Below are positions 1 to 13,100 of a DNA stretch of 64,000 nucleotides, one piece after another; positions within the stretch are counted from its first letter, which is position 1; the number at the start of each line of letters is the position of its first letter. The position numbers and the translations under genes were made by a program. The stretch lies in the NCBI GenBank assembly GCA_902550615.1, contig CACDAB010000005.1, positions 1,560 to 65,559 of the forward strand, given 5' to 3'. Below the pieces are notes generated by a model. The model did not search any database and was not told the DNA's origin. It worked only from the letters and a program-made list of their open reading frames with translations. Origin of the DNA: an uncultured Pelagibacteraceae bacterium (GTDB lineage: Bacteria; Pseudomonadota; Alphaproteobacteria; Pelagibacterales; Pelagibacteraceae).

Positions 1-1
1 A

Positions 2-622
2 GTACAGAATTTGTCATCTGTTCCAACAATTGGTCATTTGGAAGGTGTTTGTCATTCTTATGTAGATAAAAATGCAAATCCTAAGATTGCGAATAAAGTA
101 GTTCAAAATGCTAAAATGAGGAATACCGCAATATGTGGAGCAACCGAAACGATTCTTTTACACGAAAAAATAATCAAGAAATTTGGAAATAAAATCTTAA
201 AAAATTTAGAGGAAAATGGATGTAAAATTATTGGTGATAATAAGATAAGAAAACTTTATGATAAAAAAATTCAGAAAGCTTCGATAAAAGATTGGTCAAA
301 AGAATATTTATCACCTGTTGTATCTGTGAAATCAGTAAAAAATATAGATGAGGCTATAGCACATATTAACAAATACGGAACCATGCATACCGATTGTATT
401 ATTACTCAAAACAAAAAAGCAGCAAAAAAATTTTTAAATGAGGTAAAAAGTTCAATAGCTATGCACAATACTTCAACACAATTTGCTGATGGAGGTGAAT
501 TTGGGTTTGGTGGCGAAGTGGGAATCTCAACCAACACACTTCCACCTAGAGGTCCCGTAGGACTTAATCAACTTATTTCCTATAAATATCAAGTCACCAG
601 CAAAGGCCAAGTAAGGAAGTAA
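2..622 (+). CDS. proA: gamma-glutamyl phosphate reductase, C-terminal part (5' end lies outside the window)
   Basis: The frame is open to the window edge. ProA-like segments are present: GHLEGVCHSYVDK, ICGATETILLHE, HTDCIIT. The TTG at 11 in the ORF track is internal, not the start. Confidence 0.85.
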   Translation, partial: VQNLSSVPTIGHLEGVCHSYVDKNANPKIANKVVQNAKMRNTAICGATETILLHEKIIKKFGNKILKNLEENGCKIIGDNKIRKLYDKKIQKASIKDWSKEYLSPVVSVKSVKNIDEAIAHINKYGTMHTDCIITQNKKAAKKFLNEVKSSIAMHNTSTQFADGGEFGFGGEVGISTNTLPPRGPVGLNQLISYKYQVTSKGQVRK

Positions 623-623
623 T

Positions 624-1145
624 TTGAATTTAAAAAAAAAAAAAATTGGAATTTTAGGTGGTTCATTTGATCCTGCTCACAATGGTCATCTAGCTATATC
701 TAAAGAAGCAGTAAAAAAATTTAAACTTGAAAAGATTATATGGGCCATTACAAAAAAAAATCCTTTTAAAATAAAAAGTTCTTTAAGCCTACAATCTAGA
801 ATTAAAGGATGTAAAAAGATTATTAAAAAAAATAAATTTATTGAAGTCAAATTTTATGAAAATAAAATTAAATCAAACAAAACAATAAATCTAATTAATT
901 ACTTCAACAAAAATAAAAAAAATGAAATTTTTTTCTTAATGGGTGCAGATAATTTAGTTAATTTCCATAAATGGCATAAATGGAAACAGATTTCAGAAAA
1001 ATGTAATATATTAGTTTTTGACAGATATGGATATAAGAAAAAATCATTAAATTCAAAGACATATAAAACCCTTAAAAGTGAGAAATTTAAATTTGTTTAT
1101 TTTAATAAAGTCAATATTTCGTCTTCTCAATTAAGGAAAATTTGA
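624..1145 (+). CDS. nadD: nicotinate-nucleotide adenylyltransferase
   Basis: GILGGSFDPAHNGHL carries the nucleotidyltransferase HxGH motif, and there is a C-terminal ISSSQLR motif. The TTG start lies 1 nt after the proA stop, with AGGAAG upstream. proA-nadD-rsfS is a conserved order. Confidence 0.85.
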   Translation: MNLKKKKIGILGGSFDPAHNGHLAISKEAVKKFKLEKIIWAITKKNPFKIKSSLSLQSRIKGCKKIIKKNKFIEVKFYENKIKSNKTINLINYFNKNKKNEIFFLMGADNLVNFHKWHKWKQISEKCNILVFDRYGYKKKSLNSKTYKTLKSEKFKFVYFNKVNISSSQLRKI

Positions 1146-1162
1146 TAGTCTAAAACTAACTA

Positions 1163-1513
1163 ATGGATAAAATTTCAGATCTTAAAAATTCTATCATCAA
1201 AACATTGGATATTAACAAGGCTCAAGACATAATAAGCATAGATCTCAAAGACAAAAGTTCTATGGCTGATTTTATGATTATTGCGAGCGGCACTTCATCT
1301 AGGCACATACAATCTTTATCTGAGCAAGTTTTGGAAAAATTTAAAGATAATGGCATTAAAAATTCAAAAATTGAGGGCGCAGATAGTAGTGAATGGAAAT
1401 TAATTGATGGTATAGACTTAATTGTTCATATTTTTCACCCAGAAAAAAGAAAATTTTATGAACTTGAAAAAATGTGGTCTGAGCTAATCCCTAAAGAAAA
1501 ATTAATTATCTAA
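1163..1513 (+). CDS. rsfS: ribosome silencing factor RsfS (iojap family)
   Basis: 116 aa with a DFMIIASGTSSRHIQSL iojap-type core, located directly after nadD. Confidence 0.85.
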   Translation: MDKISDLKNSIIKTLDINKAQDIISIDLKDKSSMADFMIIASGTSSRHIQSLSEQVLEKFKDNGIKNSKIEGADSSEWKLIDGIDLIVHIFHPEKRKFYELEKMWSELIPKEKLII

Positions 1514-2640
1514 TGAAAAAAGTATTAACATTATTTTTATTTTGTTTTCTATCTCAGCAAGTGAATTCTGCTGAAAATGATATTTACAAAAAAATTGATT
1601 TATTTGGAGAAGTGCTTGAAAAAATCAATAAAGAGTATGTAGATGAAATTAATCAATCTGAGAGTATGGACTCTGCAATCAATGGCCTTCTACAATCTCT
1701 TGATCCTTACTCGGCATACATGTCTCCAGAAATATTTAATGAAATGCAGACTGAGACCAGTGGTGAATTTGGGGGTCTTGGTATTGAGGTAAGTATGGAG
1801 TCAGGTGTTGTAAAAGTTATTTCTCCTATAGATGACACGCCAGCATCAAGAGCAGGGATTAAAGCAGGCGACTATATTGTTAAAATTAATGATGTTCAAG
1901 TTCAGGGCAAATCTCTCAGCGAAGCTGTTGATTTAATGAGGGGACCAGTTGGATCAGGAATTGAACTCACAATTCGAAGACGTGGGGAGAGAAAAGCTCT
2001 AATATTTAATGTTGTAAGAGAGATTATACAAATTCAATCTGTTAAAGCTGACATTTTAGAAAAAAGCATAGGTTATTTAAGACTTACCTCGTTTAATGAA
2101 AATAGTGGCAAACAAATAGAAAGAGAAATTAAAAAATTAGAAAAAAATACAGATATTAAATCATACATTTTAGATTTAAGAAACAATCCTGGTGGACTAC
2201 TTTCTCAAGCAATAAAAATATCCGACTTTTTTTTAGATAATGGAGAGATCGTATCCACAAAAAGTAGAAAAACTTCTGAAAATAGAAAATGGTTTGCAAA
2301 AAAAGGTGACCTTACAAATGGAAAAGTCTTGATTGTTCTTATTAACTATGGATCGGCTTCAGCATCAGAAATAGTTGCGGGAGCCCTCAAAGATCACAAA
2401 AGAGCAATTTTATTAGGTGAAAATAGTTATGGTAAAGGATCAGTACAATCTATCATTCCCCTTAAGAATGATGGAGCAATTAGGCTCACAGTAGCTAAAT
2501 ATTATCTCCCTTCTGGAAAATCTATTTCTGAGGTTGGTGTATCTCCGGATATAGAAATTGATGAGGAAAATGATGATTTCAGGATCAAAACTGAAACCGA
2601 CAATCAGTTAGAATACGCCATTAAACTTCTCAAAGGCTAA
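1513..2640 (+). CDS. ctpA: S41 carboxy-terminal processing peptidase
   Basis: N-terminal signal peptide, PDZ segment GIKAGDYIVKIND, and S41 catalytic region NYGSASASEIVAGALKD. It shares 1 nt (1513) with the rsfS stop codon. Confidence 0.85.
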   Translation: MKKVLTLFLFCFLSQQVNSAENDIYKKIDLFGEVLEKINKEYVDEINQSESMDSAINGLLQSLDPYSAYMSPEIFNEMQTETSGEFGGLGIEVSMESGVVKVISPIDDTPASRAGIKAGDYIVKINDVQVQGKSLSEAVDLMRGPVGSGIELTIRRRGERKALIFNVVREIIQIQSVKADILEKSIGYLRLTSFNENSGKQIEREIKKLEKNTDIKSYILDLRNNPGGLLSQAIKISDFFLDNGEIVSTKSRKTSENRKWFAKKGDLTNGKVLIVLINYGSASASEIVAGALKDHKRAILLGENSYGKGSVQSIIPLKNDGAIRLTVAKYYLPSGKSISEVGVSPDIEIDEENDDFRIKTETDNQLEYAIKLLKG

Positions 2641-3117
2641 ATGGAAGAAAAATTCAGAAATCTGCCACTTAGAAGTGGAGTGGGAATTGTTGTCCTTAAC
2701 AAGGAGAATAAAGTTTTTGTAGCAAAACGAATTGATAATCCAAAAAATTTTTGGCAGATGCCACAAGGTGGGGTAGATGATGGAGAAGATTTTTTAGCTG
2801 CCGCTTATAGAGAATTAGAGGAAGAGACTAGTATCAAAAATGTAGAGCTTGTAACAGAAATAGCAGGCACAATTACCTATGAGCTACCAAAAAATTTATT
2901 AGGTATTATTTGGAAAGGTAAATATAAGGGACAAAAACAAAAATGGTTTTTAATGAGATACCTAGGCAAAGATGAAGATATAAATATTAAAACAAATAAA
3001 CCAGAATTTTTAGAGTGGAAGTGGATTGAATTAGATAAAATAACTGAAGTGGTAGTGGATTTCAAATATCATGTATATAAAGAACTTAAAGAAAAAATAA
3101 AAATAATAATTAATTGA
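2641..3117 (+). CDS. rppH: RNA pyrophosphohydrolase (Nudix)
   Basis: Nudix box GGVDDGEDFLAAAYRELEEETSI; 158 aa. Confidence 0.85.
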   Translation: MEEKFRNLPLRSGVGIVVLNKENKVFVAKRIDNPKNFWQMPQGGVDDGEDFLAAAYRELEEETSIKNVELVTEIAGTITYELPKNLLGIIWKGKYKGQKQKWFLMRYLGKDEDINIKTNKPEFLEWKWIELDKITEVVVDFKYHVYKELKEKIKIIIN

Positions 3118-3501
3118 TAGACTTTAAAGTTTCAACTTTCTGATCAGCCAGATATTTCAATTGATCACTAATTTCTGGTTTATTAGATTCTTCCTCCGCA
3201 TTTTTTAATAATTCCAGGAGTGTATTTTTCTCAATGTCTTTTAAATTAAGGATGTAGCTAGTTAAAATGGATAAAGTATTATTTTTAAATTCGATAATTC
3301 CATCCTCAACATAATACTTTTCTTCACCAGATTTTGCTTGAATTGTAATGATACCTGGTTTTAAAAATGAAATTATAGAAATATGATCTTTTAGTATCCC
3401 CATTTCTCCTTCAAATGCAGGAACAACTACTTGATTAACATCCTCTTTTGATAAGAAGGATTTCTCTGGATTAACTATTTCTATTTTAAATTCATCACTC
3501 A

Positions 3502-3502
<1 letters not shown>
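3110..3502 (-). CDS. atpC: F1 ATP synthase epsilon subunit
   Basis: 130 aa, last gene of the atpHAGDC order, with an epsilon-like N-terminal beta-sandwich sequence. Its 3' end overlaps rppH convergently by 8 nt. Confidence 0.85.
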
Positions 3503-5798
<2,296 letters not shown>

Positions 5799-5805
5799 AA
5801 ATTAA

Positions 5806-7341
5806 TTAAGATTTAAAGTTTTTCTTAAGATTGGTAATTACTTCAATTAAAGTTTTTTCAGTTTCTTCCTCTAACTTACCAGAACTTAAAATAGATTGTA
5901 TTAACTCTGGTTTATCAGATTTACATCGTTCAATAATTCTATTCTCAAAGTCAGCAATATCTTTTAAATCAATATCATCTAAATATCCTTTTACTCCACA
6001 AAATACAGATATCACCTGTTCAGCAACAGTCATTGGTGAATATTGTTTTTGTTTTAATAACTCAGTTAATTTAGATCCTCTATTTAGAAGCTGTTGAGTT
6101 GAGGCATCTAAATCAGATCCAAATTGAGCAAAAGCTGCCATTTCTCTATATTGTGCCAATTCGAGCTTCATTGATCCTGATACTTTTTTCATAGCTTTTG
6201 TTTGCGCTGCTGATCCAACCCTAGAAACAGATAGTCCAACATTAATTGCTGGTCTTATACCTTGGTTAAATAACTCAGTTTCTAAAAAAATTTGTCCGTC
6301 AGTAATTGAAATTACATTAGTTGGAATGTAAGCAGAAACGTCTCCACCTTGGGTTTCAATGATCGGAAGAGCTGTCAATGAACCTCCACCATGTTCATCA
6401 CTTAATTTAGCAGCTCTTTCCAGTAATCTACTATGAAGATAAAATACATCACCTGGGTATGCTTCTCTACCTGGTGGTCTTCTTAAGATTAGTGACATTT
6501 GTCGGTAGGCAACTGCTTGCTTTGATAAATCATCATAAATAATTAGAGCATGCATGCCATTGTCTCTAAAATATTCTCCCATTGCACACCCCGTGTAAGG
6601 AGCCAAAAATTGAAGTGGAGCTGAGTCTGATGCTGTTGCCGCTACTATAGTTGTATATTCCATTGCACCAGCTTCTTCTAAAGTTTTTTGAATTTGTCTT
6701 ACAGTTGATCTTTTTTGACCAACCGCAACATAAATACAATAAAGTTTTTGTTTTTCATCTCCAGACTCATTAATCTTTTTTTGGTTAATGATTGTGTCAA
6801 CTGCGACTGCAGTTTTGCCAGTTTGACGATCTCCAATAATTAATTCTCGTTGACCTCTTCCAATTGGAACTAGACTGTCAATTGATTTTAAACCTGTTTG
6901 CATTGGTTCACTTACAGACTGTCTTGGAATAATACCGGGAGCCTTAACTTCAACTCTACTTTTTTTAACACTTTTATCTAATGGTCCTTTTCCATCAATT
7001 GGATTTCCCAATCCATCAACGACTCTTCCTAATAATTCTTTTCCGACAGGGGTATCAACAATACTTCCCGTTCTTTTTACTACATCTCCCTCTTTAATGT
7101 TTCGATCATCTCCAAAAATTACAACACCTACATTTTCACTTTCTAAATTTAAAGCCATACCTTTAGAATTGTCAGAAAATTCTACCATTTCACCAGCCTG
7201 GACATTGTCTAAGCCATAAATTCTTGCTATACCATCTCCAACTGACAAAACTTGACCAACCTCAGAAATTTCAGCCTTTTCACCAAAATTTTTGATTTGT
7301 TCTTTTAATATTTTTGTGACTTCTGAGGGATTTATATCCAT
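5806..7341 (-). CDS. atpA: F1 ATP synthase alpha subunit
   Basis: Walker A GDRQTGKT; conserved alpha sequence over the full length. Confidence 0.97.
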   Translation of the reverse strand: MDINPSEVTKILKEQIKNFGEKAEISEVGQVLSVGDGIARIYGLDNVQAGEMVEFSDNSKGMALNLESENVGVVIFGDDRNIKEGDVVKRTGSIVDTPVGKELLGRVVDGLGNPIDGKGPLDKSVKKSRVEVKAPGIIPRQSVSEPMQTGLKSIDSLVPIGRGQRELIIGDRQTGKTAVAVDTIINQKKINESGDEKQKLYCIYVAVGQKRSTVRQIQKTLEEAGAMEYTTIVAATASDSAPLQFLAPYTGCAMGEYFRDNGMHALIIYDDLSKQAVAYRQMSLILRRPPGREAYPGDVFYLHSRLLERAAKLSDEHGGGSLTALPIIETQGGDVSAYIPTNVISITDGQIFLETELFNQGIRPAINVGLSVSRVGSAAQTKAMKKVSGSMKLELAQYREMAAFAQFGSDLDASTQQLLNRGSKLTELLKQKQYSPMTVAEQVISVFCGVKGYLDDIDLKDIADFENRIIERCKSDKPELIQSILSSGKLEEETEKTLIEVITNLKKNFKS

Positions 7342-7342
7342 A

Positions 7343-7900
7343 TTATGCCTCTATCATTCTATTTTCAATTTGTTGTAATTTACTTTTTATAGAAGTATCA
7401 ATCATAGTACTTCCAACTTGCACAATCAAACCTCCAATTAAACTTTCATCTTGTTTATAATTCAATTTAATCTTTGATTTAAAATTGTTAGATAACTCAT
7501 CTGTAATTTTTTTAATCTCATCTTGAGTCAAGGATTTTGCAGATTTAATTTCAGCTTTCAACTCACCTCTTTTCTCTGAACATATTTCAATAAAACTTAA
7601 TAGAATTTTTTCAGTATAAAAATATCTTCTTTTTAAAATTAAAAAATTTAAAAAATTTTTAAATAAATTTTCTAATTTAAAGTTATTAGAAATTCTATTA
7701 TTAATATCTGTTAGAATATTTTGACTTAAAGTGGGGTCTTTTAAAAAACTATTAAATTCTTTACTTTGATCGATTAAGTGTAAATATGCCAAAGAATTTT
7801 CCTCGATTTGTGGAAGTAAATTTTCCTCTTCGGCAAGCTCGTATAAAGCTAAAGAATATCTACTAGCTGAAGTGCTGGAAAATTCTTTATTTTTACTCAA
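7343..7900 (-). CDS. atpH: F1 ATP synthase delta (OSCP) subunit
   Basis: 185 aa, first gene of atpHAGDC, with the OSCP-like C-terminus [22 protein letters not shown]. Confidence 0.78.
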   Translation of the reverse strand: MSKNKEFSSTSASRYSLALYELAEEENLLPQIEENSLAYLHLIDQSKEFNSFLKDPTLSQNILTDINNRISNNFKLENLFKNFLNFLILKRRYFYTEKILLSFIEICSEKRGELKAEIKSAKSLTQDEIKKITDELSNNFKSKIKLNYKQDESLIGGLIVQVGSTMIDTSIKSKLQQIENRMIEA

Positions 7901-8009
7901 ATTTATACCTATTAAATATTGAAGATTTATTAATAATTCTCGAGTTAATTAACATATGACCAACTGGTCTTCAAGTAACACGTTTGTCAAAAAAAGCATT
8001 TTTTTTGGA

Positions 8010-9965
8010 TTAATTGAAGCTTATTGGATCAACATCAACTGAAAGTTTTATTCCTGAGGTAAATTTATATTTTGGTATATACTTTGATAATGAATTCTGT
8101 AACTTTAAGGTTTTAAGCCCTCTTATTAAAAGCCTAACACGATATTTTCTCTTCAATCTAAATATTGGTGCATTCACTGGACCTAATATTTTTCCACTAA
8201 TCTTATTTTCTAAAAATAATTTAAATCTTAAGGCCTCTTTCTCTAATTTATTTTCATTATCACCAGTCAAAATTAAAGAAATAAATCTTTGAAATGGAGG
8301 AAGATTATTTATTTTTCTAATTCTAATTTCCTTTTCCAGAAAATTTTCAGGATTTTTATTAGTAATATCTGAAATCATATTGTTATTTATATTATGAGAT
8401 TGAAAATAGATTGTGGCTGATTTTCCAGTTCTACCCGCTCTGCCCGACAATTGGTGATAGAGTTGTAAATTTTTTTCTGCACTTCTTAAATCATGACCAT
8501 TAGATGATAAATCAATATCTATTACTACAATGCAATTTAAATTTGGAAAATGAAACCCCTTTGAAATCAATTGAGTGCCAACTAAAATTTGAATTTCATT
8601 ATTTATAATTTTTTCTAACTTATCTTTTGAACTTTTTTTATTCATAGTGTCACTAGAAAAAATTTCTACTATTTTGTTAGGAAATTTTTTTTTTACTTCC
8701 TCAGAAATTCTCTCAACACCTGGACCACTAAATATAAAATCACATTTTCCATCTTTTTTACAATTTCTTTCTAAATGGGTTTTGTATCCACAATAATGAC
8801 ATAATAAATTTCCCTTTATCTTATGATAAACTAAATTTATAGAACAATTTGGACATGAAAATGTATCATAACATTTTTTACATAGCACATTAGGTGAAAA
8901 TCCTCTTCTATTTAAAAAAAATAAAATTTGATCTTTTTTTTTTAAATGAATATTTACTTTTTCAATTATTTCATTTGATATCCAAGATTGTTTTTCCATC
9001 TTAGTATTATTTAAATCAATTATTTCATAGTTAGGAAGAGATGCGTTTTGATATCTATTTTCTAGCTTTGATAATTTATATTTTTTTTTTTTTATATTCT
9101 GAAAAGTCTCAACTGATGGAACAGCTGTTATTAAATTTACGGGTATATTCTCAAAAGATGCCCTTGAAATTGCCATATCACGTGCATTATAAATTACACC
9201 TTCATCTTGTTTGTATGACTGATCGTGTTCCTCATCGACGATTATTAATCCTAATTTTTTAAATGGTAAAAAAAGTGCAGATCTAGCACCAATAACGACT
9301 TTTATTTTTCCTGTTACTATACCGCTCCAAATTATTTCTTTATTTTTTTTTGAAATACCAGAATGCCAGATTGCTGGCTCTATACCAAAAAATTCTAAAA
9401 ATTTTTTTTCAAATTGGTTGGTTAAACCAATCTCTGGTAACATAATTAAACCTTGATAACCTTTTTTTAAAATAACTTTTAAGGCTTCAAAATAAACTAT
9501 TGTTTTTCCGGATCCAGTAGTACCTTGCAACACATGAACATTAAAATTTTGATTTGAATTATTTATTTCATTAAGAGAGACTTTCTGATCCTTTGTTAGC
9601 CGATATAAATTTTTTTTTTTTTCAATTTGAAATACTTTATAAAATTTATCTTCAAATTTCCCAATAGGTTTGCCACTTAACAAAGTCATTTTTAAAGCCA
9701 TACCCTTAGATATAAGATTGTATTCTGAGAACCAGTTTAAGAAATTTAAAGTTTTTATATTTAGTTTTGGAATGTCTAGTTTCTTAATTATTCTTTTTAT
9801 CTTAAAATTTTTTTCGTTTTTTTTTTCAAATTCATTCCATACAACGCCAATCTTTTTTGAAGTACCAAATGGTACCTCTACAAAATCTCCTACACTTAAA
9901 TTTAAGTTGCTTTCATATGTAAAAGGATAATTAAAAATATTAGGCAAAAGAATCGGAAATTGCAT
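8010..9965 (-). CDS. priA: primosomal replication restart helicase PriA
   Basis: Walker A GTTGSGKT, a DEEHD box, and the Cys-rich zinc insertion CKKCYDTFSCPNCSINLVYH...CHYCGY. Confidence 0.9.
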   Translation of the reverse strand: MQFPILLPNIFNYPFTYESNLNLSVGDFVEVPFGTSKKIGVVWNEFEKKNEKNFKIKRIIKKLDIPKLNIKTLNFLNWFSEYNLISKGMALKMTLLSGKPIGKFEDKFYKVFQIEKKKNLYRLTKDQKVSLNEINNSNQNFNVHVLQGTTGSGKTIVYFEALKVILKKGYQGLIMLPEIGLTNQFEKKFLEFFGIEPAIWHSGISKKNKEIIWSGIVTGKIKVVIGARSALFLPFKKLGLIIVDEEHDQSYKQDEGVIYNARDMAISRASFENIPVNLITAVPSVETFQNIKKKKYKLSKLENRYQNASLPNYEIIDLNNTKMEKQSWISNEIIEKVNIHLKKKDQILFFLNRRGFSPNVLCKKCYDTFSCPNCSINLVYHKIKGNLLCHYCGYKTHLERNCKKDGKCDFIFSGPGVERISEEVKKKFPNKIVEIFSSDTMNKKSSKDKLEKIINNEIQILVGTQLISKGFHFPNLNCIVVIDIDLSSNGHDLRSAEKNLQLYHQLSGRAGRTGKSATIYFQSHNINNNMISDITNKNPENFLEKEIRIRKINNLPPFQRFISLILTGDNENKLEKEALRFKLFLENKISGKILGPVNAPIFRLKRKYRVRLLIRGLKTLKLQNSLSKYIPKYKFTSGIKLSVDVDPISFN

Positions 9966-10006
9966 AGTTTATTATATAACAACTTATAAATATTTTTTAT
10001 TTAGTT

Positions 10007-11674
10007 TTATTTTTTTGAACTTTTTAAAAAGTCTAAAACTAAAAGACCATTAGAAAAATTATATGTATGCGTGCCTTCAATATCTTTTAAAAAATTAGGT
10101 GAAACTTCAAATTTACTCTGTTCTTTATAATTGTCTTCATTTAATTCTTCAATTTTTGCCACCCCCAATGATTCGCCATATCTATTGAAACCCGGTTTTT
10201 GATAAACTCTATAAAAATTATTATCTTCAATTATTAATCCAGCATTTCTTGCAAAAAAAGGATCAAATATTACTGGATTTTTTTTATGAGGCTTCCAATC
10301 ATCAGAAAGAATATTTTCACAGCTAAAAACGTGTAATTGAGAGTTATGATCTAATAAAGAACTGTTTGATAAAGTAGTAAGCAACCACCATTTTTTGTCT
10401 TTATAAAAAATATTAGTATCTACTGCTGAAACATTTTTTATTAGAGTTTTAGCAAATTTCCACTTTAGAGGAAAATCGACACATTTATACAATCTTATAT
10501 CTTTGGCCTCATGTGTTTCTGGACACATATACAATTCTTTTTCGTGATGAAATAAAAATGGATAAGAAAGATGAAAATTTTCCTCTAGCACTACCCCCAG
10601 TTCTTTGAATGAATCATTATTAATTTCGTAAACAGAAATACAACCCTTATTAGTCTTACAATTATAATCCTCAACAAAACAATAGTGATTATCTCCTTTT
10701 TTGACAATAAAAGGGTCTGCAAGGTATCTGCTTGGAGGATTAGGTATTATTTTTGTTTGGGTAAGGTTTACACCCTGCCATTCATTCGTAAATTTATAGG
10801 CAATATTCCATTTGTAATTATGTAAAAAATTTTTATTTAAAGTCTTAATTAAAATTTTTTTTAAAGTAGAAAATAAATAGGATAATAAAATGTAAAGTGA
10901 AGGTATTGAATAAATTTTCCCTGTAGTTTTTTTCTCAAATTTAAGTCTTTCCTTAGGGTTATGTGATGTTATTTCATCAACTGTGTGATGTAGAAAAATA
11001 TTAGATTTTTCCAAGAGATTAATTAAATTTATTGTATAAATCCAATGAGTGGTAAAAAAACCTTTAAATAATACTTCACCATTATCAAGCTCATTTCTAA
11101 GTCTTTGTATTATAAATCCGGTTCTTGTTTCTTTATTGATTATTTCCCAAAATCCTGGTGGTCCACCACGATAAAAATCATTATCACCATGATGAAATGA
11201 AATTATGCCATTTTTGCAAAGTTCTAAAATTTCTCCTTTTAAAATTCCAGATCCACCACGTATTAAAAGATTTAAATTTAGTGATCTAATTTTTTGTAAG
11301 TCAATTTCAGTATAAGTATAAAAAAGACCGTTTTCTGATATTTCTGGTTCAACTTCAATTGATTCAATATTAAATTCTTTAAGAGAATACTCATCAAAGA
11401 AATCTGAAAAAACTTTAAATCTCTTTAAAATCATTGACTCTAATATGGTCAACATTTTAAATCCAGCAGCAGATACAAATTTTTTAAAACCTCTTCTTTT
11501 TATATACTCTGATGATTTTTCTAAAAAATTTTGATTTTTTTTTGAACTAATTTTTTGAATTATAATATGGCTTACTTCATAATTATTTGATTTTTGTGAC
11601 GCCGTAATAAAGTCAAAAATTTGTTTCGATGAGTTTAGGTTATCAACAATTATACCTACCCTAGCTTTTTTCAT
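10007..11674 (-). CDS. hypothetical 555-aa protein: N-terminal formyltransferase-like domain fused to an uncharacterised ~300-aa aromatic-rich C-terminal domain
   Basis: Long uninterrupted ORF. The segment LLIRGGSGILKGEIL...ISFHHGDNDFYRGGPPGFWEI...TGFIIQRL..LDNGEVL resembles the PurN/Fmt/ArnA formyltransferase core. I recognise no motif in the C-terminal half. Confidence 0.6.
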   Translation of the reverse strand: MKKARVGIIVDNLNSSKQIFDFITASQKSNNYEVSHIIIQKISSKKNQNFLEKSSEYIKRRGFKKFVSAAGFKMLTILESMILKRFKVFSDFFDEYSLKEFNIESIEVEPEISENGLFYTYTEIDLQKIRSLNLNLLIRGGSGILKGEILELCKNGIISFHHGDNDFYRGGPPGFWEIINKETRTGFIIQRLRNELDNGEVLFKGFFTTHWIYTINLINLLEKSNIFLHHTVDEITSHNPKERLKFEKKTTGKIYSIPSLYILLSYLFSTLKKILIKTLNKNFLHNYKWNIAYKFTNEWQGVNLTQTKIIPNPPSRYLADPFIVKKGDNHYCFVEDYNCKTNKGCISVYEINNDSFKELGVVLEENFHLSYPFLFHHEKELYMCPETHEAKDIRLYKCVDFPLKWKFAKTLIKNVSAVDTNIFYKDKKWWLLTTLSNSSLLDHNSQLHVFSCENILSDDWKPHKKNPVIFDPFFARNAGLIIEDNNFYRVYQKPGFNRYGESLGVAKIEELNEDNYKEQSKFEVSPNFLKDIEGTHTYNFSNGLLVLDFLKSSKK

Positions 11675-11699
11675 TATTTTTTTACCAAAAATTTACCAA

Positions 11700-13100
11700 T
11701 TAAGAGTGTATAGCTCTTTTCTCTACTGATAAAGCTGCTTCTTTTACTGCTTCTGAAAAAGTAGGATGAGCATGACATGTACGCGCTATATCTTCTGAAC
11801 TTGCTCCAAACTCCATCGCAATTCCAATCTCAGCAATTAATTCTCCAGCGTGTGGACCTATTAAGTGTGCTCCCAATACTTGATCAGTTTTTTCATCAGC
11901 AAGAATTTTTACAAAACCCTCGGTGTCATCAATGGCTTTTGCTCTAGAATTAGCCATAAATGAAAATTTTCCAATTTTATAATCTATTTTCAATTCTTTT
12001 AATTGTTCCTCTGTTTTTCCAATAGAGGCAACTTCTGGACTGGTATAAATCACACCAGGGATAGTATCATAATTAACATGACCTGATTGACCTGCTATAT
12101 TTTCTGCAACTGCAATTCCCTCATCTTCAGCTTTATGAGCTAACATGGGACCACTTATTACATCTCCTATCGCATAAATATTATTTTGATTAGTATTAAA
12201 ATTTTTGTCTGTTTTTACTCTCTTTTTTTCATCTAATTCCACTCCAATTTTTTGAAGATTTAGTCCCTCTGTATTTGGTTTTCGTCCAACAGATATTAAT
12301 ACTACATCACATTCAAAATCTTTTTTGGTACCATTTTCGTTTAAAGTTGAAACAATTGCATTGTTGTTATTCTTTTTAATTTTTTCTACTTTATGCTGCA
12401 TATGAAAATTGATACCTTGTTTTTTTAGAATTTTCATAAACTCACTTGAAATCTCTTTATCCATACCTGGTGTGATATGATCTAGAAATTCGACTACATG
12501 GACTTCTGAACCAAGTCTAGACCATACAGATCCCATCTCTAAACCTATGTATCCTCCACCAACTACGACCATTTTTTTGGGGACTTGTTCTAATTTTAGT
12601 GCTCCAGTGGATGAAACAATTACTTTTTCATCAATTTCAACTCCGGGCAATGATACTGGAACTGAACCAGTAGCAATTATAGTATTTTCAGTTTGTATAA
12701 TTGTCTCTTTATTATCGTTATCTTTGATTACAATATCATTTTTAGATTTAAAACTTCCGGTACCTTTAAAATAGGTGACTTTGTTTTTTTTGAGAAGAAA
12801 CTCCACTCCTTTAGTCAAAATTGTAACCGCTTTATCCTTATTCTTCATCATTTTTGACAAGTTTAATTTTACCTCACCAATTTCAATTCCCTTATTTGAT
12901 AGACTTTGTGCGTTATGAAACTCCTCAGATAAATTTAATAAACTTTTAGAAGGAATACATCCAACATTCAAACAAGTACCACCTAGTGAACCTCTAGATT
13001 CTATACATGCAGTTTTAAGGCCTAATTGTGCCAATCTTATTGCACAAACATAACCTCCAGGTCCTCCACCAATTACTACTGCTTGAAATTTATCTGTCAT
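11700..13100 (-). CDS. lpdA: dihydrolipoyl dehydrogenase (E3)
   Basis: FAD motif GGGPGGYVCAIR, redox disulfide CLNVGCIPSK, C-terminal HAHPTFSE; directly downstream of sucB. Confidence 0.95.
   Translation of the reverse strand: MTDKFQAVVIGGGPGGYVCAIRLAQLGLKTACIESRGSLGGTCLNVGCIPSKSLLNLSEEFHNAQSLSNKGIEIGEVKLNLSKMMKNKDKAVTILTKGVEFLLKKNKVTYFKGTGSFKSKNDIVIKDNDNKETIIQTENTIIATGSVPVSLPGVEIDEKVIVSSTGALKLEQVPKKMVVVGGGYIGLEMGSVWSRLGSEVHVVEFLDHITPGMDKEISSEFMKILKKQGINFHMQHKVEKIKKNNNNAIVSTLNENGTKKDFECDVVLISVGRKPNTEGLNLQKIGVELDEKKRVKTDKNFNTNQNNIYAIGDVISGPMLAHKAEDEGIAVAENIAGQSGHVNYDTIPGVIYTSPEVASIGKTEEQLKELKIDYKIGKFSFMANSRAKAIDDTEGFVKILADEKTDQVLGAHLIGPHAGELIAEIGIAMEFGASSEDIARTCHAHPTFSEAVKEAALSVEKRAIHS

Noticed and set aside
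632-645. A14 homopolymer at the 5' end of nadD, and T13 runs at 9081-9093 and 9610-9622 in priA, as possible phase-variation switches
   Set aside because: They encode Lys runs in essential housekeeping genes of an AT-rich genome. Nothing suggests contingency-locus behaviour. This is most likely a compositional by-product.
7986-8006. A8-TGC-T7 hairpin after the priA stop as an intrinsic terminator
   Set aside because: The stem is made only of A-U pairs with very low predicted stability. It cannot be distinguished from random AT-rich sequence.
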